Made by a program: the position numbers and the translations under genes. DNA of 64,000 bases from Octopus sinensis (taxonomy: Eukaryota). The stretch is taken from NCBI RefSeq assembly GCF_006345805.1, contig NC_042998.1, forward strand, positions 187,178,001-187,242,000. The letters are read 5' to 3'. Positions 49,701 to 61,662 of this stretch are shown one piece after another; position 1 is the first letter of the stretch, and the number at the start of each line of letters is the position of its first letter. The notes beneath the pieces are model-generated. The model did no database searches and was not told where the DNA came from. It worked only from the letters and a program-made list of their open reading frames with translations.

Positions 49701-50509
49701 TAATCTGATGCTTTAACAACTCTGCCAGTTCATTGTCTTAAAATGGTACAAAAAATATGAATGATATTTCAACTCTTGTGCTTGAGGAGACCTATTGAGT
49801 CAAGTACATCAACATCAAAAAATCAAATGGAAATTGTAGTTGTGATAACTGTGCCACTGGCACGTAAAATACACCATCCAAATGTAGCCAATGCCAGCAC
49901 CGCCTTGACTGGCTTCTGTGCCGGTGGCACCTAAAAATAACCAAATGATTATGGCTGTTGCCAGCCTCGCCTGGCACCTGTGCCAGTGGCACGTAAAAAG
50001 CGCCCACTACACCCACGGAGTAGTTGGCGTTAGGAAGGGCATCCAGCTGTAGAAACACTGCCAGATCAGACTGAAGCCTGGTGCAACCTCCTGGTTTCCC
50101 AGACTCCGGTTGAACCGTCCAACCCATGCTAGCATGGAAAGCGGACGTTAAACGATGATGATGATGATGAAGATTTTCTTCAAATGTCAAAAGGAACAAA
50201 AAAAAATTGCTTCTCCATCATTTGCTAGTGTACCTTTGAAGTTGTTACCAGTCTCAAAAATTTCAGACACTTTCTTTTTTGCATCTTTTATATAATATAA
50301 GTACAGTATAAAAATTGATAAAAGATTAAAGAAGCAAAGAACTTCCCATAAATAATTAATGTTGTACTTGTCCTTTATTAAATTATTACATTCTTTCTTC
50401 ATTGGCAGATGACTGGGCTTCATATAGAGACGGATAAGATTATTGAGATAGCTTGTGTTATCACTGATAGTCAACTGAACATAATAGCTGAGGTAAGAAG
50501 ACAATTCAG

Positions 50510-50541
<32 letters not shown>

Positions 50542-53500
50542 CATATATATATATATATATTATATATATATATATATATTCTTTGTAAGCCTAGTACTTA
50601 TTCTATCGATCTCTTTTGTATACATACATACATATTTGATACAGGTTTCTAAATAAAATGCCTTGAACCCAAATATATATGTATGCTTATAATAAAAAAT
50701 TTTACCACTATATTACCATAATATCAATTAAATCATTATATCAATTAAAGATTTTTTTGAATTAAACTTGCATAAATATATATATCTAATTTTTCCCCGT
50801 AAGTTTGGAGCCATACTCCCTAATATTATTATTATTATTATATATATAATAATAATAATATTAGGGAGTATGGCTCCAAACTTACAGGGAAAAATTAGAT
50901 AAATGATATAATGGTAACATAGTGGTAAAATTCCTGATTGTAAGCATACATATTAAAAATATTTGGGTTCGAGATATTTTATTTAGAAATATGTATCAAA
51001 AAAATAATTCTGAAGTTGATTGGTAAATTTTCTAAAATTGGTCCATACAAATCTAAAATTGATTGGAAAATTTTTCTAAAACTGATGAGAACAAATCTAA
51101 AATTGGTCAATATAAATCTAATATTGATCAGTACAAATCTAATATTGGTCAGTACAAATCTAATATTGGTCAGTACAAATCTAATATTGGTCAGTACAAA
51201 TCTAAAATTGGTCAGTACAAATCTAATATTGGTCAGTACAAATCTAAAATTGGTCAGTACAAATCTAATATTGGTCAGTACAAATCTAAAATTGATCAGT
51301 ACAAATCTAATATTGGTGAGTACAAATCTAATATTGGTTGGTACAAATCTAATATTGTTGAGTACAAATCTAATATTGGTTCATACAAATCTAATATTGG
51401 TGAGTACAAATCTAATATTGGTGAGTACAAATCTAATATTGATCAGCACAAATCTAAAATTGGTGAGTACAAATCTAATATTGGTCAGTACAAATCTAAT
51501 ATTGATCAGTACAAATCTAATATTGGTGAGTACAAATCTAATATTGGTGAGTACAAATCTAATATTGGTGAGTACAAATCTAATATTGGTGAGTACAAAT
51601 CTAATATTGGTGAGTACAAATCTAATATTGGTGAGCACAAATCTAATATTGATGAGTACAAATCTAATATCGGTGAGTACAAATCTAATATTGATCAGCA
51701 CAAATCTAAAATTGGTGAGTACAAATCTAATATTGGTGAGTACAAATCTAATATTGGTGAGTACAAATCTAATATTGGTGAGTACAAATCTAATATTGGT
51801 GAGTACAAATCTAATATTGGTCAGTACAAATCTAAAGTGGTCGGGAAACCCTATAATAGTAAAATATAATTAATTTTATCTAATTGTGCTCAATATTTTT
51901 GAGAAATAATTGAGCTAAATTATTTAACTGAATTTTCTATTCACAGATACCTCCATTTGTTATTCACCAGCCAGATAATGTGCTTGATGGTATGAATGAA
52001 TGGTGCCAAGTGCACCATGGGAAGGTAAGTTGCCTTCAAAGAGAATTTTATCTTGTTGGAACTAACATGCTACATATTGGTTTCAAATTTTGGGACAGGG
52101 CAGCAATTTTGAGGAAGGGGTATATCAATTACATCAACCCCAGTGCTCATTTGGTACTCATTTTATGAACCCCAAAAAAGCATGAAAGGCAAAAATTGAC
52201 CTTGGCAGAATTTGAACTCAGAATGTAAAAATGGGCAAATGCCACTAAGCATTTAGCCCAGCTGCTAAACTGACATATTACATATTGGTTTCAAATTTTG
52301 GCACAAGGACAAAAAATTTGTGGGTAGGGGTAAGTCAATTACATCAACCCCTGTGCTCAACTGGTGTTTATTTTATTTATTTCTTTATTGCCCACAAGGG
52401 GTTAAACATAGAGTGGACAAACATGGACAGACAAAAGGGTTAAGTCAATTGCATCAACTCCAGTACACAACTGGTATTTATTTTATTAACCCCAGAAGGA
52501 TGAAAGGCAAAGTCAACCTCAGCAGAATTTAGAACTTAGAACAAAAAGACAGACAAAATACCGCTAAGCATTTTGTCCATTCATCATCATTGTTTAACGT
52601 CCGCTTTCCATGCTAGCATGGGTTGGACGATTTTGACTGAGGGCTAGCGAACCAGACGGCCACACCAGGCTCCAATCTTGATCTGGCAGAGTTTCTACAG
52701 CTGGATGCCCTTCCTAACACCAACCACTCCGAGAGTGTAGTGGGTGCTTTTTACGTGCCAGTCAGGTGGTACTGGCAATGACCTCACTCTAATCTTTTTA
52801 CACATGCCACCAGCACAGGTGCCAGTAAGGCGACCTTGGTAACAATCACGCTCGAATGGTGCCCTTTTACGTGCCACCAGCATGGAAGCCAGTTGGCTGC
52901 TCTGGCAACAATCATGCTCGGATGGTGCTCTTGGCACCCTACTAGCATGGGCACAAGTGCCAGTAAGGCGATGCTAGTAACGATCACACTCGAATGGTGC
53001 CCTTTTATGTTCCACTGGCACGGAAGCCGGTTAGCCGCTCTGTCAACGATCACTCTCGTATGGTGCTTTTTGCACCCTGCTAGCACAGATGCCAGTTGTT
53101 GAATTTGATTTTGATTTCTATTGTATTAGCAATTCTGCCAGCTTGCTGCCTTCTGACGTACTAAATATTGGTAGCACTAAACTTAGCTCTGTTGGACTTG
53201 ACATTGAAGATACTAGTGGTAGCAAAGCAAAAGGATATTGACTAATGTAGTACAACAAAAACCATTGGAAACCTTCCACATCCACTCAGCATTGCCAACC
53301 CACTAAAAATTCTACAGATCTCATATATATACTCTTTACTCTCTTGTTTCAGTCATTTGACTGTGGCCATGCTGGAGCACCGCCTTTAGTCAAGCAAATC
53401 GACAAACAAGTCAATCCCAGGACTTATTCTTTATAAGCCTAGTACTTATTCTATCGATCTCTTTTGCCAAACTGCTAAGTTATGGGGACGTAAACACACC

Positions 53501-56500
53501 AGCATCAGTTGTCAAATGATGTTGGGGAACAAACACAGACACACAAACATATACACAAACACATATATACATACATATATACGACAGGCTTCTTTCAGTT
53601 TTCACCTACCAAATCCACTCACAAGGCTAAAGAATGTCTTCATCCATATAAGGTGTTGTTATCTGTTTGGTGCGATATGAAAGGTTTAGTCCACTTTGAA
53701 CTTTTAAACATAAACCAAACGATAACAAAGGAGATCTACTGTGAGCAGCTTGAGTGGCTTAAGTTAGCACTGGAAGAAAAATGACCATCTTTGGTTTCAA
53801 GACAAAAGGCATTCTTCCATCAGGCTAATGCTCAGCCACATACAGCGAGGATGACACTCCAAAGACTGGAGCAGTTTGAATGGGAAGCGATGCTCCATCC
53901 ACTATATTCGCCAGACATTACCCCATCTGATTATCATTTATTCCGCATTCTTCAAAATCATTTGGATGAAAAAAATATGAATCCTCTAGATGAGGTCAGA
54001 ACAGTATTGGAGGAATATTTTTTGTCACAGAGAAGTGAATTTTGGAAGAGGAGTCTTGCAAATCTCCCAGATAGATGGAAGAGCCATGTCCTTGTAGAAA
54101 ATGAAGGAGAGTATATTTTAGATTAAAAGGAACTTTGTTTATCTTAATTTTGAAAAATAAAAGAAATAAAAAAAAAACGCATTATTTATGGGATGACCCA
54201 ATAGAAAAAAATGTTAAATTATGACACATTTTATTTCATTAAAAACACTTTTCTTCTCTGTATTTTAATTGTGTCCTGTAGAGTGGCCTGACAGAAGCAG
54301 TAAGAAAAAGCAACACCACCTTGCAATCAGCTGAAGAAAAGTTGTTGGCTTTTCTAACACAGCATGTTCCAAAACAGAAATGCCCTCTGGCTGGAAATTC
54401 CATCTATATGGATAAAATGTTCCTTCAGAAATATATGCCAAAATTTACTGAATTCCTACATTATCGTATTATTGATGTCAGTAGTGTGAAGGAACTATGT
54501 CGGTAAGGATTGATATTTTCCTTGAGCTATCAGTTTTTCACTGCTAATTCATTAAAATATATTCCTACTATTGATTGTATTGTATATCATCATCATCATC
54601 ATCGTTTAACGTCCGTTTTCCATGCTAGCATGGGTTGGACCCTGGTGAAACCGTCCAACCCATGCTAGCATGGAAAACGGACGTTAAATGATGATGTATA
54701 TATTTTCTCAATTTGACTCATCCTATTATTTCTTTTATGAATTTATTCTCTTTTCTACAAAGAAAAAGGCCTAAACCTTTAATTTTAAGAGATGAGTATG
54801 TGTAACTTATATCAGTGTTTTGGGAGGAGTTAGATTTCATCAATGAGTTGAATCTGATAAAAAAAAAGTCACGTCTTACAGAGAAACTAACAAACAATGA
54901 AGGTAAATGTAGAGATTGGTGCAATCATGAGAGTTTGGTTAAGAAATTTGCTTTGTAACTATGCAGTTTGAGTCAAGTGTCTTCTACTTTATTCTGGGAT
55001 TGACCAATATCTTGTAAGGGAAATTTTGAGTGGTAGAGATAATCCTTTACCTGGTTTAACAACACCACCTAACACTTGCATACAGTTAGCAGAGTCAACT
55101 CTGTTTCAAGCATTCAGCCAAGAACTCCTGTCTGAGGACAACTTCTGCTCTCCTCCTCACCAATCTTAGAGACCCTGAAGAGAGTCACTGGTTCTACTTT
55201 TACTCCTCTGACAAAACAGAAGACTGATCATAGAAAGCTACTCTCATACGATTTATGCTAACATTCAAATTCTGTATAGGATTGTTTGAATAGGTCTGCA
55301 ATGGGTCTTTTCCTTGCATTCTAGTCATGTTTCATTTATGAAGTCCAAACTCCATATTCTAAATCTTTTGATCCTGTTTTTGATTCATATACCATCTTAG
55401 AACACTATTTCACCAAGTTATTTACACCCATTCCTGTATAAAGACAATCTTATATAAAACAACCAATGCTTTTGACACCCTTTTCACTTTCTTTATACAC
55501 ATTTAACATATCTCTGAAGTTCACAATATGTAGATACATATTTATCTTGTCTAATTCATCCTTCTTTATTCACTACTAATCACATTTTGAGCTAACATTT
55601 TTTATAATCTGCACATACTATAGAAATTCATAACCTTTTATTGTTCTACAAGACAGCAACTTATTTTTCAACAAAGATAGTGCTTTTTATATTTCCTCTT
55701 GTCAAATTTCCACAAAATGAAATTCTTGTAAAGAAATATGGGCAAATAGTAATAAACATTATCATGCTAGCATTGTTGGACGGTTCGACTGGGGTCTGGG
55801 TATCCAGGAGGCTAGTGCAAAAAAAAATCAGCATGAAATATTGTGCTGACCCCAAGACCAAATGTTCAAGTACAGAAGTTTGTAATCATGTCACTTTGAT
55901 AACCTGATAACCAAAAAGTATCAACTTAACTTTAATTTGACTCAGTTTGCCATTAAAAAGAAAGAAAGGGATCAATTTGGATTATCTCTTTAGACAGGCT
56001 GAAGACGTTTATGTGGGCTATACATCATCAACTTGTACCTTGAAGTGCATGAGATCCTTATGGTATAGATCTTTCAAGGCGGCGAGCTGGCAGAAACGTT
56101 AGCACGCCGGGCGAAATGCTTAGCGGTATTTCGTCTGCGTTACGTTGTGAGTTCAAATTCCGCTGAGGTCGACTTTGCCTTTCATCCTTTTGGGGTCGAT
56201 AAATTAAGTACCAGTTACGCACTGGGGTCGATGTAATCGACTTAATACCTATGTCTGTCCTTGTTTGTCCCCTCTGTGTTTAGCCCCTTGTGGGTAGTAA
56301 AGAAATAGGTATAGATCTTTAAAAACCTGAATATGATTCAATGAGAATAATGAGGTATCTCAAAAGAATGTACTTGGCTGCATTTTTGTATAGCCTATGT
56401 CATTATCATCATTTATCATCTACTTTTCCATGCATACATTCGTCTGATGGAATTTGTTGAGGCTCATTTTCTATGGCCAGATGCTTTTCCTTTTGTGAAC

Positions 56501-58350
56501 TTTCACCTGTTTCCAAGAAAGGTAAAGTTTCCCCATATGTTTTTTTATGGAAACCTGGAAATAAACAACACTGCTTGTATGATGGTGATGCTTCTTTACC
56601 ACCACCATGTGATGCATGTATGTATGTGCACATGCACACATACACACACATTCATACACAAGGATCTGGTTGGATCTAGGCTATAGTAGAAAAAACACTT
56701 ACCCGAGGTGCCATGCAGCGGGACTGAACCAGAGATTACATGCATAGAAGCAAGCTTCTTAACCACACAACTATACTTGCCACTGAGACCTATGTAGGTC
56801 TGCTAAAATAAATAAGAGTATTCCAGCAATCGGATACAGTACCTAGAATGCATGTAGTGTAAAAAATAAAAGGAAAGCCATAACTTTTATATAATTACAT
56901 AAGTTATAAGCTTATTGTATCATGTGACTGGTCCAGTGGTCATGTGATCAGTGTTATTTAACATGGCTGCACATGAAGAAAGCACAGTTGTTCAGTTGAC
57001 TATGACTTTTGGTAGTAATGGATCTCTTTAAATACTGTGTGTTGCTCAGAAAAATATTTGGATCTTTTCGGTTTGAATGGCAATTTTTTCTAGCGGTGTC
57101 ATGAAATTGTCACCCATAATTATGACCCTAGTATCGATCTATTGCATTTCAATGTTTTAGGGTTAGAGTTAGGGGTGGGGGAAGGGTATCTTTTTTTTCT
57201 TCAGAAATGTAAATAAACCCAATCTGTTTCTTAAACGAGGGACATATTCATACGGCACAGAATGTTTTCACCTCAATAGACATCATTGATTGGTTGAAAT
57301 TGCAGAAATTGAAGAAAAATCAACAAATATCTTACAAACTATTGAATTTTCTCGATAAAGCCAAGAGAAAAAGATGATTTATAAACACATTCTACCAGTA
57401 TATGAAGTTTAAAAGTGTTTAGTTACGTGGAAATTATTTTTAAAAAGTGCTGTTCAAACCGAAAAGATCCAAATATTTTACTATTGCTACATTAGCAGAC
57501 TCAAATAAACACATGATCATACTTGTACTTATAAATGAAAAATATAGTACTGTAGCATGGTTTGTGAGGGCAGAGCTTATGTTAGAAGTACGTGTTTGGA
57601 ATGAGAATTAGAGGGAAAAGAACTAGTAGTTAATAATTAATAATATTCATGAAAAAGTAAACCAAAAACAAACTATTTTCAAGTTTCTAACTCAGGCATG
57701 GACAAGCTTTCTTGAAAAGTGGGCCACACCACTAAAAAACTTTAAGGTAATTTTTCATCAGTCATGCCATTCAAAAAGCCCCGTTGGCCGCAGTTTGCGG
57801 ATAACTGATATAACATTAAAAGCTAACCTTTAAAAGAATGGATGTCAAGTACATTTTAAATACAATACATTACTTCTTGGGAGAAAATAAAGCAAGGTAG
57901 AGTACTCGTTGTGGTCTTACAATACTAGTTATGTCCCTTCATACTCGGAGTTTAAATCTAGTTTCGTTCTACTTTGCCTTTGATTGTACACAAGGCCAAC
58001 TTTTGTATGGAGTACAATAATAGAATGAAACAACACAGATATATCATTGATACCTATTTTATTTGCCTCAAAACGATGAAAGACGAAGTCAAGCGCAGTG
58101 ACATTTGAACTTTGAACGTAGAAGGAAGTAACTAAACACTGTAACAATACTAGTCTGTTATTTTTGCTAATTTATTGTACTAAACTAAGCTATCATTGTG
58201 AATTGAGGTTACTGTAGTAGCTTGTATCATGCTTTCGTTATTTATTTCAGGTACTTACTGTCGATGATGTGTGTGTATGGGACAAACACAGACGCACAAA
58301 TACATACATATAAATATATAAATACATGTATGTATGTATGTATATATACA

Positions 58351-58399
<49 letters not shown>

Positions 58400-60499
58400 A
58401 TACACCCACACATGACCGGCTTCTTTTAGTTTCTGTCTACCAAATCCACTCACAAGGCTTTGGTTGACCTGAAGCAATAGTAGAAGACACTTGCCCAAGG
58501 TTCCACACAGTGAGACTGAACCCAGAACCATGTGGTTGGGAAGCAAGCTTCTTACCACACAGCCACTCCTAGACTATTAATTTCAACTGTAGTTATGTAA
58601 GGTGCTTTTTTCAAAAGTGGTTGGCGTGAGGAAGGACATCCAGCTGTAGAAACACTGCCAGATCAGACTGAAGACTGGTGTGGCATCCTGGCTTCCCAGA
58701 CCCCGGTCAAACCGTCCAACTTGTGCTAGCACGGAAAACACACGTTAAACAATGATGATGATGATGATGCTGTAGATGTAAATAACAAAGAAATTCATCT
58801 CTAAAGATAAGATTAATGGTGCACAAAATTGTTGACTTAAAATCTCTTTTTTTCTTTTTCTTCAGACGTTGGTATAAAGATGAATTTAAAAACAGCCCAG
58901 AAAAATCCTTATCGCACAGGTAAAGCACTCATTTCATTGACAATCATATACATTACTGAGGTACCACAGAATAGTAAAAGGTTTCCTATTTCATCAGTTT
59001 TGCTTCCTGCTTGTAGCCTTTTCACTTCACTTATCATGTAAATCAGGGCAAGCAAATGAAATTACGTTTGCCCACCTTGAGAAATCAAAGGTCATACGAC
59101 TATATATTGAAGAAATGTTTAAGAATCATTTCCTAAATACCCAATTTTATCTCTTAAGCCAACAAAGCAGCCTCTAATTGGTTTCTTGACTTGCTAGAAA
59201 TAGTAACACAATCACAGCCTATAACTTTATAAAAGGATACACTGGATAATATACTCACAGAGCATTGAACTTGGTAAACAATTGAAATGGTCACTGTTGG
59301 TGTGTTTTAAAATCGTAGACCTGTTTCTATCAGGGCTGACCTTGGATGTTTACTGTTCATTTCATTTTATGATATTCACTAGTTTTTTTTTAATATTCCT
59401 AAGAACAACAATAATAACTGATTTAGAATACAGGACTACTGACTATTGAACCCTGACAATGAATTTAAATCTAGTTACAGTAGTTATGTACGATTCCTGT
59501 GGCTTCAGTCCACTCAGCTAAATATAGAAGTGTTCAATGAAGATCCTGATATTTTGAACTCTTGACCTTCACCTCCATAAGAGAGAGAGGTGTCACTTTG
59601 TAAAAAATGACAATGATGTTATGTGCTATTTTGTATCATTATCAAGATTTGCAACAGACATTTTCAGATACACACAATACAGCTAAATACTACATTTACT
59701 TAGTAATTTTTGGTGGGGAAGGGCTTTATTTTTTATTTATTTATTTTTGTTTTGTGAGGACAAAGTGAAAACATTTTCTGTATCTTTGTCACAGCAGCTT
59801 AGTGTATAAAAAGTCTTAAAGACTTCCTTTCTTTCTTAGTAAGTCCACGGGATGGTGGTTAAAGAATTGAGGTAGGTAGGGCTGCAATGTGAATGTACCT
59901 TTCTTGGTTTCTCAGCTAATTCCAAGCAAAAGGAGAGGAAACAACCTTAATACTTAATTGGTACTGTGTTTATCGACCTCAGAAGAAAGGCAAAGTCACT
60001 TTGCAGGATTTGAAATTGGGACTGATGAGCCCAAAATAAATATTCTTGTTTCTTTATTGCCTACAAGGGGCTAAACAAAGAGGGGACAAACAAAGGGATT
60101 AAGTCGATTACATCGACCCCAGTGCGTAACTGATACTTAATTTATCGACCCCCGAAAAGATAAAAGGCAAAGTCAACCTCGGCAGAATTTGAACTCAGAA
60201 CGTAAAGACAGACGAAATACCACTAAGCATTTTGTCTGGTGTACTAACGTTTCTGCCTGCTCGCCGCCAATAATATTCAAAAACAAATATTCTGAAGCAT
60301 TTTATCCAGTGTTGTAACAATTCTTTGCCAAGTCACTAGCTTATCTATGGACTAATTATTACAGATGAGGACAATCAGTAATTACCTGATTTATCACAGT
60401 TAAACACATCATCCTCTAATTTCAGCATAAGACTAAAATCACTTGTCCCAACTTACATAGCAAGCGTTGATTAATTAACATAATTCTAACTAGGTTGCT

Positions 60500-60532
<33 letters not shown>

Positions 60533-60945
60533 TGGGACCATGTGCTGTAGCAACTGCATCACTGCATCCACCAATTGTTTGTGCATTCCTACTCCCGGCG
60601 GATGGTACATTTCCACCAATTCGGCAGCAACTCTCTAACCCATGTTGCTGGTGAGAGTTTTATAAGGTCGGAGTGCAAATCCTACCTCAACCCCTTCACG
60701 ACACAGGAAATATTGGGTCTTTTTTTTATACGCCAGTCCCCAAACACAGGAACACAGGTTGCTATGATCAAGGTAAAAAACCTAAAGTAATTAATCACGT
60801 AAATTATTACTTATGATATCTAAGTGTGCTATAACGTGTGTGTAAAACTATATTTTATATTATAATTTTATATTTCAGAGGACAAGAGGACATCAAAGAA
60901 AGCATTAAAGAACTTCAGTATTATAAAATGAAGATTTTCAAATGA
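46608..60945 (+). CDS. REXO2: Oligoribonuclease REXO2/Orn (DEDDh 3'-5' exonuclease), complete 6-exon CDS, 678 nt, 225 aa including a putative mitochondrial presequence
   Basis: join(46608-46781, 50409-50492, 51947-52024, 54282-54502, 58866-58919, 60879-60945). All introns GT-AG. ExoI WVDLEMTGL, Exo[26 protein letters not shown], ExoIII H203..D208. Confidence 0.96.
46914..47102. mobile_element. hAT (Charlie-like) MITE
   Basis: TIR CAGTGGTTTTCAACC / GGTTGAAAAGCACTG; perfect 8-bp TSD CTTTAAAG at 46906-46913 and 47103-47110. Confidence 0.9.
47419..48040 (-). mobile_element. Mariner relic of a second family, deleted and frameshifted
   Basis: [26 protein letters not shown] (HTH), [13 protein letters not shown], and C-terminal [13 protein letters not shown]; TA-CGAG terminus at 47417. 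Confidence 0.78.
48176..48550 (+). mobile_element. tRNA(Arg)-like SINE, tail type 2, with perfect 15-bp TSD
   Basis: A box TGGCCCAGTGG, B-box-like GTTTCGATTCC; TSD ATAGAGGTGTTTGTA at 48161-48175 and 48551-48565. Confidence 0.9.
48694..48871. mobile_element. hAT (Charlie/MER5-like) MITE
   Basis: TIR CAGTGGTTCCCAACC / GGTTGCGAACCACTG; TSD CTCTAGAT / CTCCAGAT. Confidence 0.85.
50409..50492 (+). CDS. REXO2: REXO2 coding exon 2 ([28 protein letters not shown])
   Basis: tggcag acceptor, gtaaga donor, 84 nt. Confidence 0.95.
50635..51000. repeat. Nested fold-back palindrome in REXO2 intron 2
   Basis: Near-perfect inner palindrome 50784-50900 plus diverged outer arms at about 50635-50722 and 50906-51000. 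Confidence 0.85.
51093..51836 (+). repeat. 21-bp minisatellite, 35 full units (consensus AAATCTAATATTGGTGAGTAC)
   Basis: Counted from the heptad translation (KSNIGEY)n of ORF 51063-51869. Confidence 0.97.
51947..52024 (+). CDS. REXO2: REXO2 coding exon 3 ([26 protein letters not shown])
   Basis: tcacag acceptor, gtaagt donor, 78 nt. Confidence 0.95.
53629..54201 (+). mobile_element. Mariner 3' half, same family as 650-1529
   Basis: ORFs 53509-53784 and 53791-54126 ([13 protein letters not shown]); 3' TIR CATTATTTATGGGATGACCCAA followed by TA at 54202-54203. Confidence 0.9.
54282..54502 (+). CDS. REXO2: REXO2 coding exon 4 ([10 protein letters not shown]...[20 protein letters not shown]...[14 protein letters not shown]+)
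   Basis: ctgtag acceptor, gtaagg donor, 221 nt. Confidence 0.96.
54597..54696. repeat. Hairpin made of two opposed RTE 3' tails
   Basis: Perfect 36-bp arms 54605-54640 and 54653-54688, 12-nt loop. Confidence 0.92.
56075..56307 (+). mobile_element. SINE family E, full length, with 13-bp TSD
   Basis: TSD GGTATAGATCTTT at 56062-56074 and 56308-56320; tRNA-like head with GAGTTCAAATTCC B box. Confidence 0.9.
57060..57470 (+). mobile_element. GGATC-TIR MITE, copy 3, with 8-bp TSD AAATATTT
   Basis: TSD at 57052-57059 and 57471-57478. Confidence 0.9.
58866..58919 (+). CDS. REXO2: REXO2 coding exon 5 ([17 protein letters not shown]+)
   Basis: cttcag acceptor, gtaaag donor, 54 nt, phase 2/2. Confidence 0.92.
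60879..60945 (+). CDS. REXO2: REXO2 coding exon 6 ([21 protein letters not shown]-stop)
   Basis: tttcag acceptor, TGA at 60943-60945; DIxESIKELQxY motif. Confidence 0.92.
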
Positions 60946-61019
60946 GACTCCAAAAACAGACTTCTTGAGCATAAGGGCAATAACTCCATCACTTTCATCT
61001 CAACAAAATACAAGGGATC

Positions 61020-61090
61020 AATAAACCGGATTGGAAATACAGTTTAATATTATCAAATAACAATTTTGTATTAATATTCCATTAAATAAA
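61020..61090 (+). terminator. Candidate REXO2 polyadenylation signals
   Basis: AATAAA at 61020-61025 and ATTAAATAAA at 61081-61090, 75-145 nt after the stop. Confidence 0.5.
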
Positions 61091-61299
61091 TATTAAAGGG
61101 TTATTAACAAGCAAGTATTCATATTATTTTCTGTTTTATATTTCAACAGTATTACATGAGATTAATGTTTGCAAATCTTTAAGATTTGTTATCTTAATCC
61201 TTATCCTCGCCTTTCGTCCACATCTGCTGTTGCCAATCATTTTCTACTTCAAGCCAAATGACCTTACTGCTTACATCATGTTACTACACTTTTCTTCCA

Positions 61300-61662
61300 C
61301 TTAACTATCCAGGCTTTTCTGATGTCATTACTCTAACACCCGTGGACATATTTACAAAGTCAGAAAACAGCACATCTCCCATGACTTCAGGAAACATTTT
61401 TTCACGCTGAGAGTTGCTGAAGCATGGAACAAACTGCTGGCATCGGTTGTTAGTTGTCGGAGCACTGCATCCTTCAAAACTTCCATGCTTTCTGAGATTC
61501 GCCAACTCTACACCTGATTTTCTCCCCTCCACACACACACAAGCATGTATCTGACTCATGCATTGTTCGTTTTCCAGACATTTGTACATTACTGCATATA
61601 CTCTGACAAGTTGTGGTGCACCTGAGCACTGTATACAATAATTTCATTATTATTATTTTTAT
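61300..61662 (+). mobile_element. CR1-type LINE 3' fragment; a shorter copy lies at 62455-62668
   Basis: Homologous to 20722-21170. Confidence 0.8.

Noticed and set aside
51016-51873. 285-aa and 268-aa heptad-repeat ORFs as real proteins
   Set aside because: They arise from a 21-bp tandem repeat inside REXO2 intron 2; one starts at a non-ATG codon; no independent promoter or unique domain is visible. Kept only as a repeat finding.
46725-60945. Bacterial orn gene from contamination or recent horizontal transfer
   Set aside because: It has five spliceosomal introns and a presequence-like extension, consistent with native eukaryotic REXO2.
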